Shown: positions 15,375 through 15,620 of the stretch, piece by piece | Layout of the letters: every line of letters starts with the position of its first letter | Position numbering within the stretch: position 1 is the first letter of the stretch | From: a virus | Taxonomy: Duplodnaviria > Heunggongvirae > Uroviricota > Caudoviricetes | Reading direction: 5' to 3' (one strand) | Length of the DNA stretch: 15,620 nucleotides | IMG/VR virus record: IMGVR_UViG_2711768073_000008 | The notes under the pieces: generated by a model | Databases searched by the model: none | Told to the model about the DNA's origin: nothing | What the model saw: the letters and a program-made list of their open reading frames with translations, nothing else | Program-made: the position numbers and the translations under genes

Positions 15375-15620
15375 CTTATTATCCTGCATTGTTAAAAACG
15401 GCAGAATCCTATGTGACAACAATTAAACGATAGTTAAATGGATTGATGAAAATTAAAACTATATAGGTGGATGCTCAGCCTATTGGAGGAGGGGGGGCAC
15501 TCAGAATCCTGTGGAATGAAATAAACCGCTCTATCTGTCCATTACCCTTTTAGCTGCGCTGTATCGTCGCCGTATTCCCGCATTAACCATGACCGTAGCC
15601 CGACGGGGAATTCCTTCTGC

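Noticed and set aside
15423-15620. cos site or start of packaging genes after bor
   Set aside because: No lambda-type cos sequence (GGGCGGCGACCT) is recognisable. A G-rich run (gggggggcac, ~15494) and a possible ATG at 15588 are insufficient to call anything; the next gene probably begins beyond the window.

Overview
This window reads as a mosaic lambdoid prophage of the E. coli type, carrying two AT-rich cargo genes of unknown function at classic moron positions. Left to right: (i) a lambda-like Red recombination module on the minus strand (exo partial, bet, gam, kil, cIII); (ii) a rearranged stretch where a ~525-bp direct repeat duplicates gam plus the first 46 codons of bet, creating a chimeric ORF and a second gamS; (iii) an immunity region with an S24-peptidase CI-like repressor, divergent Cro-like gene and shared operator half-sites (TGGTTGT/ACAACCA) on both sides; (iv) a YdaT/CII-like gene and a lambda-like O-P-ren replication module with origin iterons inside O; (v) a DLP12-like nin/Q/lysis arm (ybcN, ninE, ybcO, rusA, ylcG, quuD, an intact nmpC-type porin, essD, rrrD, rzpD/rzoD, borD). 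The two main candidates for an undescribed anti-phage or superinfection-exclusion function are a 287-aa ORF in the position lambda uses for rexAB (3401..4264) and a 500-aa ORF between ren and ybcN with an N-terminal membrane anchor, a long coiled coil and a C-terminal GIY-YIG/T5orf172-like domain (8217..9719). All protein identifications come from reading the translations against remembered family sequences; no database search or alignment was run, and no composition statistics were computed.
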